Source: Minisyncoccia bacterium (lineage in GTDB: Bacteria; Patescibacteriota; Minisyncoccia; Phycocordibacterales; UBA918). From it: a stretch of 64,000 nucleotides of DNA. The notes below the pieces were generated by a model. It was not told the origin of the DNA. It saw nothing but the letters and a program-made list of their open reading frames with translations, and did not search any database. Below are positions 40,164 through 49,537 of the stretch, in pieces. A program made the position numbers and the translations under genes. The stretch spans positions 2,499 through 66,498 of the forward strand of contig JBKJIT010000004.1 in assembly GCA_046598345.1 (NCBI GenBank), in the 5' to 3' direction. Position 1 is the stretch's first letter, and each line of letters starts with the position of its first letter.

Positions 40164-40730
40164 TTAAATTTTTTCAGGATGTAAGCCAACTTGAGTAGGT
40201 TTTAGATGCTTTTTAAGTCTCCGATATTCACGATCGATAATGTAGGCGATACCAAGGTCTACAATAATAATAAGTACGAGGATGAGTGAATGTGTGTGAA
40301 AAACTCGGTACATCTCATAGATCACAAAGATCACAATGAGCAAGATGGTAAGTGGATATGCCCATAAGATCCGCTTGAGAAGTGCGATAGAAAGAAAGAC
40401 TTCAACAGAGCCCCAGAACAGAAGGTAAATTGCTAGGAAATACGTAACAGTAAATGAATGGTCATTTACAAGATTGTAGATGAATTGAAAGAGCGCGTCA
40501 CTCGGGTCCTCCGTAATCTCATGGGACATGAGTCCAATAAGTAAATCTGTAAATGGAGTCCCAATAAATTTAAGGAGAGTAAGACCAAGGAGAATTCGGA
40601 GGGATCCGTACCCAATTCGAAGCCACGTTGCTACGCGAAAGAATAGTGAGAGTACCTGCTCATCTTTGAGCGTAATTTCAGTATTAAGATCCATGAGTAT
40701 TGAGTATAACAGTGCAAGGTGGTTGAACAA
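40164..40730 (-). CDS. hypothetical polytopic membrane protein
   Basis: about 5 TM. Confidence 0.45.
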   Translation of the reverse strand: MFNHLALLYSILMDLNTEITLKDEQVLSLFFRVATWLRIGYGSLRILLGLTLLKFIGTPFTDLLIGLMSHEITEDPSDALFQFIYNLVNDHSFTVTYFLAIYLLFWGSVEVFLSIALLKRILWAYPLTILLIVIFVIYEMYRVFHTHSLILVLIIIVDLGIAYIIDREYRRLKKHLKPTQVGLHPEKI

Positions 40731-40771
40731 ACAAAAACCCCCTTCATATTGAAGGGGGTTTTTGTTTGTTC
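40725..40771. terminator. bidirectional terminator with 22-bp perfect stem (gaacaaacaaaaacccccttca / tgaagggggtttttgtttgttc)
   Basis: read directly. Confidence 0.7.
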
Positions 40772-40778
40772 AAAGTAA

Positions 40779-42089
40779 TTATCGAACGAATGTGAGAGCC
40801 TTACCAACTTCCTTTCCACGACCAGTGCGGCCGATACGGTGAATGTAATCCTCGTATGTTGCAGGGAGGTCGTAGTTGATAACATGCGAGATGTTATCAA
40901 CGTGGATACCACGTGCAGCGACGTCAGTCGCGACAAGTACCTTCGCGTGACTATCCTTGAATGCCTTAAGTGATCTTTGGCGCTGTGAGTGTGACTTATT
41001 TCCGTGAATAGAATCAGCTTTGATGCCGTGCTTTGAAAGCTGTTGTGCAAGCTTTTCAACACTGTGCTTCATTGCGCCAAATATGAGTACACGCTTAAAG
41101 CTTGGATCTTGCAGCAAATTCGTAAGTGTCTCGAATTTGTCATGGTCGCCATAGCGCACCACGTCTTGTTCGACAGAGTTCGTAATATCCTGCTTTTTAA
41201 CAGAAATAGTTACAGGGTTTCGAAGGAAATCGTTCACGAGGCCCTCGATATCCTTACCCATTGTTGCAGAGAAGAAAAGAGTCTCACGATCCTTTGGTGT
41301 ACCTGAAAGAATCTTCTTCATATCGTGAATGAATCCCATGTCAAGCATGCGATCAGCCTCATCGAGTACCACGGTGGTAACGAGGTGCGGTTTAATATCC
41401 TTTCGCTCAATGAGATCAAGAACACGACCTGGAGTTCCAATAATGAAGTGGTTCTTTCGCTTTAAGCCACTAATCTGAGGACGAATACTTGTACCACCAA
41501 CACACACGGTTGAGTACATCTTCATTCCTTTAGCGATCTTGTGGAGCTCAGCTTCAATTTGAAGCGCAAGTTCACGTGTTGGCGTAAGGATAAGGGTAAG
41601 TCGATTATATTCCCGCAAAGTCTTATCAATAAGAGGGATGAGAAAGGCTGCAGTTTTACCAGTTCCGGTGTTCGCAAGTCCAATTACATCTTTATTTTGA
41701 AGAATGTGTGGAATAATTTGATCTTGAATAGGTGTGGGGATAGTAAGTCCTGAAGAGGTTACCGCGAATGCGAGTTTTTTATCAAGTCCAAATTCAGTAA
41801 AGGTATGTGTCGGTATGAAGATTTCTGTCTCCACCGGCTTCGCTGGATTCTTATTAATAAATTGCGAGACATCGAATGTCTTTTGGACACGTCCTCCACC
41901 ACGTGTATTTTGTGGGCGATGCGTAAAAGGTCTACGTCCGCCACCTGTAGAGGGGCGTCGTCCTTCGCTCCGACCTCCGGCATCTCCGGAATATGGTCGA
42001 CTTTGGCTACTAGTATGGGGTGATCTTCGAGGTCCGCTACGGCGAACAGAAGATGAGTGCCGGGCCGGCCGGTTCATTGAATTTTGCAT
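40779..42089 (-). CDS. DEAD-box ATP-dependent RNA helicase with Arg/Gly-rich N-terminal extension
   Basis: Q-motif TFTEFGL..TPIQ, Walker A TGTGKT, DEAD (VLDEADRM), SAT, HRIGRTGRG. Confidence 0.9.
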   Translation of the reverse strand: MQNSMNRPARHSSSVRRSGPRRSPHTSSQSRPYSGDAGGRSEGRRPSTGGGRRPFTHRPQNTRGGGRVQKTFDVSQFINKNPAKPVETEIFIPTHTFTEFGLDKKLAFAVTSSGLTIPTPIQDQIIPHILQNKDVIGLANTGTGKTAAFLIPLIDKTLREYNRLTLILTPTRELALQIEAELHKIAKGMKMYSTVCVGGTSIRPQISGLKRKNHFIIGTPGRVLDLIERKDIKPHLVTTVVLDEADRMLDMGFIHDMKKILSGTPKDRETLFFSATMGKDIEGLVNDFLRNPVTISVKKQDITNSVEQDVVRYGDHDKFETLTNLLQDPSFKRVLIFGAMKHSVEKLAQQLSKHGIKADSIHGNKSHSQRQRSLKAFKDSHAKVLVATDVAARGIHVDNISHVINYDLPATYEDYIHRIGRTGRGKEVGKALTFVR

Positions 42090-42256
42090 TAGTTTTGTGT
42101 TTAGGGCTGTGCAGGTAATTAAATCGAAACTGAAGTTCGTACCTCAAGAGCCCTACACGAGTATCTTAAGTTGTGTATATAGTAATATACTTTGGTCTGA
42201 AAGTCAAATTTTGTCCCGTGGGTGGAAATGAGCTGTATTTGCTACTATGAGGGTGT

Positions 42257-42916
42257 ATGTTCTCTTCAAGAGAAAATGAACCTTTGAGTGCCATCACACA
42301 TTTTGTGGGTATGCTACTTTCTATTGCGGGCCTCGTACTTCTCATTGTCGTTGCCGCAAAACAGGGTACAGGAATACATGTTGTGGCGTTTTCGATTTTT
42401 GGTGCCACCATGCTTATTCTGTATCTAGCAAGTACGGTCTATCACTTTGTCTGTTCGACAAAAGTGCGCACCAAACGGATCTTTAAGATTATTGATCACG
42501 CTGCAATTTATTTGCTTATTGCAGGTACGTACACCCCCGTGGCACTTATCGTGTTGCCCCCAGGATGGGGTTGGGCAATATTCGGGCTTATATGGCTCTT
42601 TGCCACACTCGGTATGCTGATCAAAATCACACAGATGCAAATCCCTGCATGGGTATCCGTAGTGCTCTATCTGCTTATGGGGTGGCTCATTGTTATTGCG
42701 TTCGTGCCCCTCTCCCACAGCCTTCCTGGTGCTGCGATGTTCTGGTTAGTGCTCGGGGGATTATTGTATACGCTCGGTGCCATCTTTTTTGCACTCGATA
42801 AGGCTATCCCACGTTCGAAATGGTTCGGCATGCACGAAATTTTTCACATCTTTGTGATGCTTGGCAGTTTTGCGCACTATTGGATGATGTTTCGCTATGT
42901 CGTGTATATACAGTAA
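42257..42916 (+). CDS. hemolysin-III/PAQR family membrane protein
   Basis: 7-TM with conserved His positions (YHF.., ..HIFV). Confidence 0.75.
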   Translation: MFSSRENEPLSAITHFVGMLLSIAGLVLLIVVAAKQGTGIHVVAFSIFGATMLILYLASTVYHFVCSTKVRTKRIFKIIDHAAIYLLIAGTYTPVALIVLPPGWGWAIFGLIWLFATLGMLIKITQMQIPAWVSVVLYLLMGWLIVIAFVPLSHSLPGAAMFWLVLGGLLYTLGAIFFALDKAIPRSKWFGMHEIFHIFVMLGSFAHYWMMFRYVVYIQ

Positions 42917-42958
42917 TGCGGCTTTTAAAAGCGTGCCTAGTATCCTATAGTTAGTACT

Positions 42959-43390
42959 ATGTTAACCCAATTCATGGCGCAGCCCGAGTTTATTTTCATT
43001 ATTAATCTCCTCCTCTGCGCGGTCGCGGGGTTTGTTGTGGGGTATGAGCGAGAGCTACGTGGGAAAGATGCAGGAATTAGCACGCACACACTCGTAATGA
43101 TGGGTGCAATGCTTTTCACATACCTTTCAATGCTAGTGGATCCAGCGTCTACATCTCGCATTGCAGCTCAGGTAGTTACCGGTATTGGATTTCTTGGTGC
43201 TGGACTCATTATTAAAGATGGAGGAAATGTAAAGAATCTCACCACCGCCGCAAGTCTCTGGTTTGGTGCGGCAATTGGTATGGCGTTTGGGTATGGCTTC
43301 TATATGGTTGGAGTGCTTTCAACGATCGCGTGCGTAATAATTCCACGCATTCCACACATCAATACTAAAAAGGATGAAGCCAAGCATTGA
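42959..43390 (+). CDS. MgtC/SapB family membrane protein
   Basis: AGFVVGYERELRGKDAGISTHTLV matches MgtC N-terminal signature. Confidence 0.75.
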   Translation: MLTQFMAQPEFIFIINLLLCAVAGFVVGYERELRGKDAGISTHTLVMMGAMLFTYLSMLVDPASTSRIAAQVVTGIGFLGAGLIIKDGGNVKNLTTAASLWFGAAIGMAFGYGFYMVGVLSTIACVIIPRIPHINTKKDEAKH

Positions 43391-43404
43391 TACGCATGTG
43401 TAGT

Positions 43405-43448
43405 AGAGACAACAAAAAATCCTCTTGCGAGGATTTTTTGTTGTCTCT
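43405..43448. terminator. bidirectional terminator, 20-bp perfect stem (agagacaacaaaaaatcctc-ttgc-gaggattttttgttgtctct)
   Basis: read directly. Confidence 0.7.
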
Positions 43449-43464
43449 AATTTGCTAGTAAACG

Positions 43465-45540
43465 TTAGTTAAGTGGGCAGTTATGTTCTGCCGTGTACGC
43501 AGCCTTAGCTGCTTCGAAGTCCCCATTCGGATTGGTGTCTTGGAAGAGATCGATAACTTCACCCGTTGTCATGCCACTATCGAGGGCTGAAGCATTGAGA
43601 AGTGCTCCAACTGCTGCTCGTGCAAGGGAAGTGATACCACCACCATTGCCTTCAAGAACTTGAAGTAGTGTTGGATTGGTTACAGGCATTGGCTTGCCTT
43701 TTGCGCTCCAGAGAATCGTGATACTTTCTCCAAAGACTGTTGAGAAGAGATCAGTTGGTGCGTAAGTAACCCAGCTATCAAAGTGCTGTGATTGCTTCCA
43801 GTATCCTGGAGAACAATACTGTACTTCAACGATCTCAGTGTTAGTGATTGTACATGTTTCCGTTTCACCAGGGCTTACTACGACGCCAGTACAGGTGTTT
43901 GAAGTCTGTGTCCAGCCAGTTGGAATTGTTTCAGAAACGGAGTAGGTACCCGGGGTTACTTCGTACGTCTTACTGTTTGCGTCAGTGACTGTACCAGCTC
44001 CGCCTCCTGTAATGGTGCCGTTACCGGTTGCCATGATAGAGAAGGTAGTTGATGCTCCTGCTGGAAGAGTTACTTTATCAACAATGAGCGTACCGCGTTT
44101 TGTGTTCGTAATAACGCAGGTCTCAGTTTCACCCGCAGACACTACTACATTTGTACAGGTGTTTGAAGTCTGATTCCATCCGTCAGGAATTGTCTCAGTT
44201 ACTGAGTATGTTCCTGCGGTAACAGAATAGCTTTTATCAGTGTCGTCTGAAATCATTCCAGCGCCACCTCCCGTGATGCTACCTGTTCCTGTCGCCATAA
44301 TACTGAAGTCGGTGTCATCGCCTGCAGGAAGGGTAGTCTTCTGTACTATGAGTGTTCCACCCTGAAGGGTATTCGTGAATGTACATGTCACAGTCTCCCC
44401 AGCGCCTACATCAAGGCTTCCAGGAGTTTCTCCCTGATCACATACTGCGCTTGTCTGTGTCCATCCACTTACAGGAGTTTCTGAGAGGGTATATGCACCT
44501 GGTGCAACAACCTGATTATTTGGAGTTGCTGTGTCTGTGAGTGAAAAACCATTAAATCCTGTGCCTGTTGTGGTGAATGCAAAGGATTGTGTGCTTCCCG
44601 CTGGGTCAGTTACTTTATCCACAATGATTCGGCCATCTTGTGTATTAGTGAATGTACACGTCACCGTCTCACCGTTTTGGAGTGAAATGTTTCCAGGTGT
44701 TTCTGTGTCTTGGTTTGAAGACACACAGGTCGCACTCGATTGCGTCCATCCACTAGGAAGTGTTTCTCCCACTGAATATGTGCCCGCATTGAGTGTTTGA
44801 TCATTTGGTGCCTGAGTGTCGGTCAGTGTGAAGTTAGTGTAACCCGTTCCTGTAGCGTTGAAGCTAAATGTCGTTGTAGCTCCGGAAGGATTTGTTACTT
44901 TATTAACAATAATGTGTCCAGGCTCGGTTACAGTGACTCGAGATGATCCAGAGCCAGAACCTTCAACACCGCTCGTCTGTGCAGTGAAGCGAACGCGGGC
45001 AAGTTGCGATGTTTGCATTCCTGCTGCTACGCTTGCATCGACATCAACACCGTCAATGACGTTTACTGCGAAGTCGATGATGCAGGTAGCTGCTAAGCCA
45101 CCCACATTACTTGGTCCAAGCACAACGGGTGTATTCGGCGTGAACTGGACTTCACCAGTGGTCGCATTTGGAGTACCGATAGTGAAAGTCGTTCCCGCAC
45201 ACGCTGTACCCGCACGTCCTGTCGCGGGGCCAACTACCTGGAATACTCCAGGATCAACCTGACCTCCTGAGCAGATTGCAGAGATGTCATCTCCACACGA
45301 TGGGGTGTGAAATATGTCGGTGACAAGGACTGTTTCAGTACTTTGGGGTGCAGTTGAGTTGTTTGTAATCTGCAGACTTACAGGGACAGTCGTGCTACCC
45401 ACTGCAACAGTTGTTGGATATGTGGGTCCTGTACTACCAGCAACACCTGCATACGCTATGAATGCCATGAAGAGCACTCCTATTGCTGCTAGTGATATGA
45501 CTGATTTAGGAATCGATAATCTGTTTATAAATGTAGCCAT
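43465..45540 (-). CDS. large secreted surface protein with at least 4 tandem ~90-aa Ig-like/prealbumin-fold (SpaA/Cna-B-like) repeats and distinct C-terminal domain
   Basis: signal peptide; repeats of VxKVTxPAG..F.F..TGTG.......Y.V.ET.P.GWTQTS..C......GET.TCTFTNT. Confidence 0.75.
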   Translation of the reverse strand: MATFINRLSIPKSVISLAAIGVLFMAFIAYAGVAGSTGPTYPTTVAVGSTTVPVSLQITNNSTAPQSTETVLVTDIFHTPSCGDDISAICSGGQVDPGVFQVVGPATGRAGTACAGTTFTIGTPNATTGEVQFTPNTPVVLGPSNVGGLAATCIIDFAVNVIDGVDVDASVAAGMQTSQLARVRFTAQTSGVEGSGSGSSRVTVTEPGHIIVNKVTNPSGATTTFSFNATGTGYTNFTLTDTQAPNDQTLNAGTYSVGETLPSGWTQSSATCVSSNQDTETPGNISLQNGETVTCTFTNTQDGRIIVDKVTDPAGSTQSFAFTTTGTGFNGFSLTDTATPNNQVVAPGAYTLSETPVSGWTQTSAVCDQGETPGSLDVGAGETVTCTFTNTLQGGTLIVQKTTLPAGDDTDFSIMATGTGSITGGGAGMISDDTDKSYSVTAGTYSVTETIPDGWNQTSNTCTNVVVSAGETETCVITNTKRGTLIVDKVTLPAGASTTFSIMATGNGTITGGGAGTVTDANSKTYEVTPGTYSVSETIPTGWTQTSNTCTGVVVSPGETETCTITNTEIVEVQYCSPGYWKQSQHFDSWVTYAPTDLFSTVFGESITILWSAKGKPMPVTNPTLLQVLEGNGGGITSLARAAVGALLNASALDSGMTTGEVIDLFQDTNPNGDFEAAKAAYTAEHNCPLN

Positions 45541-46705
45541 AATTGTTATTAATTAATAGTAAGGCGAATAAATGTGAACACTCAAAAATTCCCGGGTGCT
45601 TAAGCTACTCAGGAATTGTAAGTTGTCCTTAGATCTTATTGCCGTGCTTTGAGATGAGATATTACATTAAAAAAGCCGTCGAACTTTGGGGTTCGACGGC
45701 TTGTGACATGGCAAGATTAGGAACGTGGAAGTATCCGAGGTTCTCAGCTGTGCGACGGGGGGTGTGTCGCACGGGACCTCACTTGCGGACCGAAATGTGT
45801 TTGATCGCCCAAACGATCATGGTGCCATAGGCTTCCTCCTGTGGGTTGAACATCAATACTGAGAAAATACTACACCCAGATGGTGAATTTGTTAAGGGGA
45901 TTGAAGTCACATCCCCTTCGGCTGGAGAATACTGACACGATTACCCTCGGTGTCTATTGGATTCAATGTGGTTTAAAAAAGTAAATGTAATAATCCTTCA
46001 GACTATGAAGGAAATGTTGAGGAGGTGAAAAAGAATTGAGCCCCATTGCTGGAGCCCAAACTGAACGTCGTTATTTATATGTGTGGGATTGCACTAGTCG
46101 TCGGTGTCGTTCGGAACCATCTTCCAACAACAACCATCACCGACATGTGCCCTACGTATGCCATCGTGGCAGCTTGCATGCAACTCGTCTTCGAAATTGG
46201 AGACGCCGTCTGCACGCACTGACGGTTCGTCCTCAAGGTGGTGCGGGACTTCACCTGCTTTTAACCTTTCCTTTTTCATCGCATGATCCTCGCCTGTAGG
46301 AGGGTTGATCGGGTACTGCCAGAAGTACGATACACCTGTATTTTTTATTTGTCACGGGAGTTAGTACCAGTCAAAAAAAGACCCGGGCATTGCGCACGGG
46401 TCATACATCGACACTAAGCCCCTGATGGGAGCAAAGGGGTCAACATCACTCGCTGGTCGTCATGTATGTCTGATGCACAGGACGTTGCTCATGAGGAGCA
46501 GGAGATTGCTGCTCTCTGCGAGTGGATTGGGGAACTGTCGGACGTGAGTCCGACTTCCGCTCCATCTGAAGTTGTGGTGGCAGTGTGTCTGTGACCCTGC
46601 CCGCAGGCGAAAGGTAAGGATTGATCATGGGATAGACCTTTATGTGGCGGTTGGTTTTCTGTCGGTGACTATACAGGAAGTATCATGAAGGTCAAATGAA
46701 ATTAA

Positions 46706-46738
46706 ATCACCCCGGGAAGCTTGCGCTTCCCGGGGTTT
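46706..46738 (-). terminator. intrinsic terminator (accccgggaagc-ttgc-gcttcccggggt)
   Basis: 12-bp stem; T-rich on minus strand. Confidence 0.6.
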
Positions 46739-46744
46739 CCTTCC

Positions 46745-47185
46745 CTAATTTTCCCGGACCGGTCTTCCTAGGAAATTTGGCCTTGGTTGTGTGTCGAAAG
46801 GACTGTCGTACTCGCCGCCATACTCTTTGGGACGCGGTGGTAAAGCTGAATGATCGTTATGACGAGAAGGAGCATTTGGGAATTTCTGAAAGAGCCCATT
46901 GCTACTCCGTCTGTTTCTTTTGGTGTACTCATTTGACGCAACACTCGGCTGCACTTTTTCGGGTACTGAAGGTTGAGCCTCGGAAATCCTGCTGGGCAAA
47001 GATTCATTGAACCTGAACTTGTCTTCTCGGTCCCCATTTTCGAGACGTCGCCACGTGCGCGTGTAATTCGGAATCTCGTTGCCAGTTTCCTTGTCGATCA
47101 GTTGAACCAATTCCGTTCCCTTGAAATGAGCGAGGTACACCTTGTTGTCTTCTCTACGGGTCACTTCAACAATTTTGACTTTCAT
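46745..47185 (-). CDS. hypothetical protein (about 60-aa N-terminal domain plus disordered tail)
   Basis: ORF only. Confidence 0.4.
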   Translation of the reverse strand: MKVKIVEVTRREDNKVYLAHFKGTELVQLIDKETGNEIPNYTRTWRRLENGDREDKFRFNESLPSRISEAQPSVPEKVQPSVASNEYTKRNRRSSNGLFQKFPNAPSRHNDHSALPPRPKEYGGEYDSPFDTQPRPNFLGRPVREN

Positions 47186-47259
47186 GGATTTCTCCCGAGT
47201 TGTGAAGAAGCGCGGACTTACGGTTTCTAGCCTAACAATGCTACAACATCTTCACAGAG

Positions 47260-47787
47260 TCAAATCAGGTCCTCCTTCACTGTGTACTTTTTATGGATCG
47301 TAATCGGGAGACCTTCCGCCTTTGCCTTTCTGATTGTGTCTGCAGTACCGGCGCTTCCATTCACCTGAAATGCATACACCTCATCAGAAAAATCAATCTC
47401 TTCCTCTTGTCGGTATTCCTGATCTTTCTGGGTGATATGACCTGATTCTTTTCGTGCTTCAAAGAGTGCGCTCGGGTTTCGATCTTGAATAATAATGAGA
47501 AGTTGCTCAAGTTTTGTAATGACTTCGTCGTTGATGGGGTAAAATTTCAAGTGAGTTCGGTAGTCAGAAATATAATGAGAAAGTTTAGCGGGGAGGAATA
47601 CACGAATTTTGGTACACGAAGGATTAAGTCGAACAAATTCCTCCATCGCAAAAAAATCGACGCCAGTGGCGCCCCCAGTTACTAACCCATGCCCAAGATC
47701 AAAAATCTTCCGAGCCGCCTCGCGGACATCTGCCTCGACACGCTTGTCGGTGAGGCGCCACGTTCCCGTGACTATGATCCACTTCAT
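47260..47787 (-). CDS. SLOG-superfamily (DUF2493/DprA-like Rossmann) protein, paralog 1; ORF-track start 48036 judged an upstream extension
   Basis: MKWIIVTGTWRLTDK..GLVTGGATGVDFFAMEEFV; about 50% identical to 48890..49414. Confidence 0.65.
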   Translation of the reverse strand: MKWIIVTGTWRLTDKRVEADVREAARKIFDLGHGLVTGGATGVDFFAMEEFVRLNPSCTKIRVFLPAKLSHYISDYRTHLKFYPINDEVITKLEQLLIIIQDRNPSALFEARKESGHITQKDQEYRQEEEIDFSDEVYAFQVNGSAGTADTIRKAKAEGLPITIHKKYTVKEDLI

Positions 47788-48196
47788 AACTCCACTTTGC
47801 AATAAATACATACTTTCCGCAAGCCCAAATGAAAGACCCGCAACGCGTGCGGGCCTTTGTGTGCGGGAAGCTTGCGGGCTAGTCACGTTGAGCATCTTGC
47901 GGTTCGCCCAGTCCGAGATGAGTGAGCCGTACGCCCTCCTCGTGAGCGGTGTCATGATCGACACGTTCGTGGTCAGTGAAGCTTGGTCCTCTGCGAAGAG
48001 CGGTACCACTGCTGCATCGAAGCGACAAAGCTTCATCGATGTCGCTCTGGAGACGCATGTTCGGGATCGGGTAACGGTATTTTGCCATGATCATCAACTC
48101 CAATGAGTGGGACTACACTATGAAACGGGAACTTTCTGCGAGCACTATAAAACGCAGTTCGGTATTTTTCAATTGGGGATAGAAAGGGGACATGTC

Positions 48197-48224
48197 ACAC
48201 CCGCGCCCAAAGGGCGCGGGTGCT
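48197..48224 (-). terminator. hairpin after BI-1 gene (acccgcgccc-aaa-gggcgcgggt)
   Basis: 10-bp GC stem; weak T-tract. Confidence 0.4.
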
Positions 48225-48225
48225 G

Positions 48226-48885
48226 CTAATTCTTCGAAGCAATAATACGAAACAGTTCTAAAAAAAGATTCACAACATCGAGATACAGCGAAACTGCGAC
48301 ATCAAGTGCATTGTCAAGTGTTGCTGGAATGTGATATGCGCGATGAGTGTCGTATCCTACGTAGAGCGCAAAGAGACCGGCACTGATGTAATCAATAATC
48401 CCAACACTCTGAATGGCAGGTACAAACGGACGAGCAAAGGATATGAGAACGATGACAGAAAGTATACTGAGCAGTGCACCGCCAAGTGAGTCATACACTC
48501 GTGGGAAGAGGGCGGCGGAGAGCATCATGGTGGCCACGATACAGGCGGTGAAAATGATTGTTTGTTTAAAGGTCCCTGGATCACTGATACTGAAAAGTGT
48601 AAGTAGCGGTCCCACAAGCACCGCAAATCCACCCACCACCATAGTGAAGCCAATAAACGAAAATAGAGAATTTTCCGAAAAGAGGGAAAGGAGACACCCG
48701 AGGACGGGAAGTCCTAGGCCAACGAGGAGGAGGAGAGTGAGTCCAGGTTCCCACACAAGTGTTTTCTCCGATATATACCAGGTGAGTGCAAATCCATACG
48801 CGAGAATGAGTCCGAGAAATAGATAAAACACACTTCGTGGAAGCGTGCTGTTTCCATCCCGTAACCAGACTGATGAAGAAAGCAT
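48226..48885 (-). CDS. Bax-inhibitor-1/YccA family membrane protein
   Basis: 7 TM, C-terminal ..YLDVVNLFLELFRII typical of BI-1 family. Confidence 0.7.
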   Translation of the reverse strand: MLSSSVWLRDGNSTLPRSVFYLFLGLILAYGFALTWYISEKTLVWEPGLTLLLLVGLGLPVLGCLLSLFSENSLFSFIGFTMVVGGFAVLVGPLLTLFSISDPGTFKQTIIFTACIVATMMLSAALFPRVYDSLGGALLSILSVIVLISFARPFVPAIQSVGIIDYISAGLFALYVGYDTHRAYHIPATLDNALDVAVSLYLDVVNLFLELFRIIASKN

Positions 48886-48889
48886 AATC

Positions 48890-49414
48890 CTACTTTTGTT
48901 CGTCGATCGCGTACTCTTTATGAATAGGGACAGGAAGCCCAGCAGACTTTGCTTTCTGTATGGTGTCGCTCGTCCCGGAACTTTTGTTTACATGGAATGC
49001 ATAGACTTCATCCGAGAAGGTTACTTCTTCGTTGTGTCGTAAATCATATTCAGCTTGCGTAATGTCTCCAAAATCCTTTCGCACTTCAAACATCGCACTT
49101 GGATTCCGTTCCTTAATGATCTTCAAAAGGTATTCGAGATTATCGATATCGGTGTCTGTAATAGGGGCGTGCTTCCAATTAATTCGATAGTCTGAAATAA
49201 AGTGGTGGAGCCTTGCTGGCATAAAGATTCGAATGCGGTTGCACTCCGGGTTTAATTTCACAAACTCGTCCATTGCGAAGTAGTCGACGCCGGTAGCTCC
49301 ACCTGTGACGAGGCCGTCACCATTTTCAAAAATCCGCCGCGCGGCATTGCGAACGTCGTTTTCAACTTCTTTGTTTGTAAGACGCCACGTTCCCGTGACA
49401 ATGATCCAGTTCAT
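48890..49414 (-). CDS. SLOG-superfamily (DUF2493/DprA-like) protein, paralog 2
   Basis: MNWIIVTGTWRLTNK..GLVTGGATGVDYFAMDEFV; 5-nt gap to BI-1 gene. Confidence 0.65.
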   Translation of the reverse strand: MNWIIVTGTWRLTNKEVENDVRNAARRIFENGDGLVTGGATGVDYFAMDEFVKLNPECNRIRIFMPARLHHFISDYRINWKHAPITDTDIDNLEYLLKIIKERNPSAMFEVRKDFGDITQAEYDLRHNEEVTFSDEVYAFHVNKSSGTSDTIQKAKSAGLPVPIHKEYAIDEQK

Positions 49415-49460
49415 GAGGGGATATAATGCAATAAAAATGGCATAAAATCAAGACCTCAAT

Positions 49461-49492
49461 AAAAACCCCGCGCGCTCACGCGCGGGGTTTGG
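49461..49492 (-). terminator. intrinsic terminator (aaccccgcgcg-ctca-cgcgcggggtt)
   Basis: 11-bp stem; T-run on minus strand. Confidence 0.6.
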
Positions 49493-49537
49493 TGTCGTCT
49501 CGTTGATCGTCTGTGAAGGAAGTTCTACAACCCTTCG

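Noticed and set aside
47788-48036. 83-aa N-terminal extension of SLOG paralog 1, and the overlapping + strand ORF 47609..48106
   Set aside because: The paralog alignment starts at MKWIIVTG (47787). The extension is GC-rich and unlike either paralog. The + ORF overlaps the conserved gene antisense.
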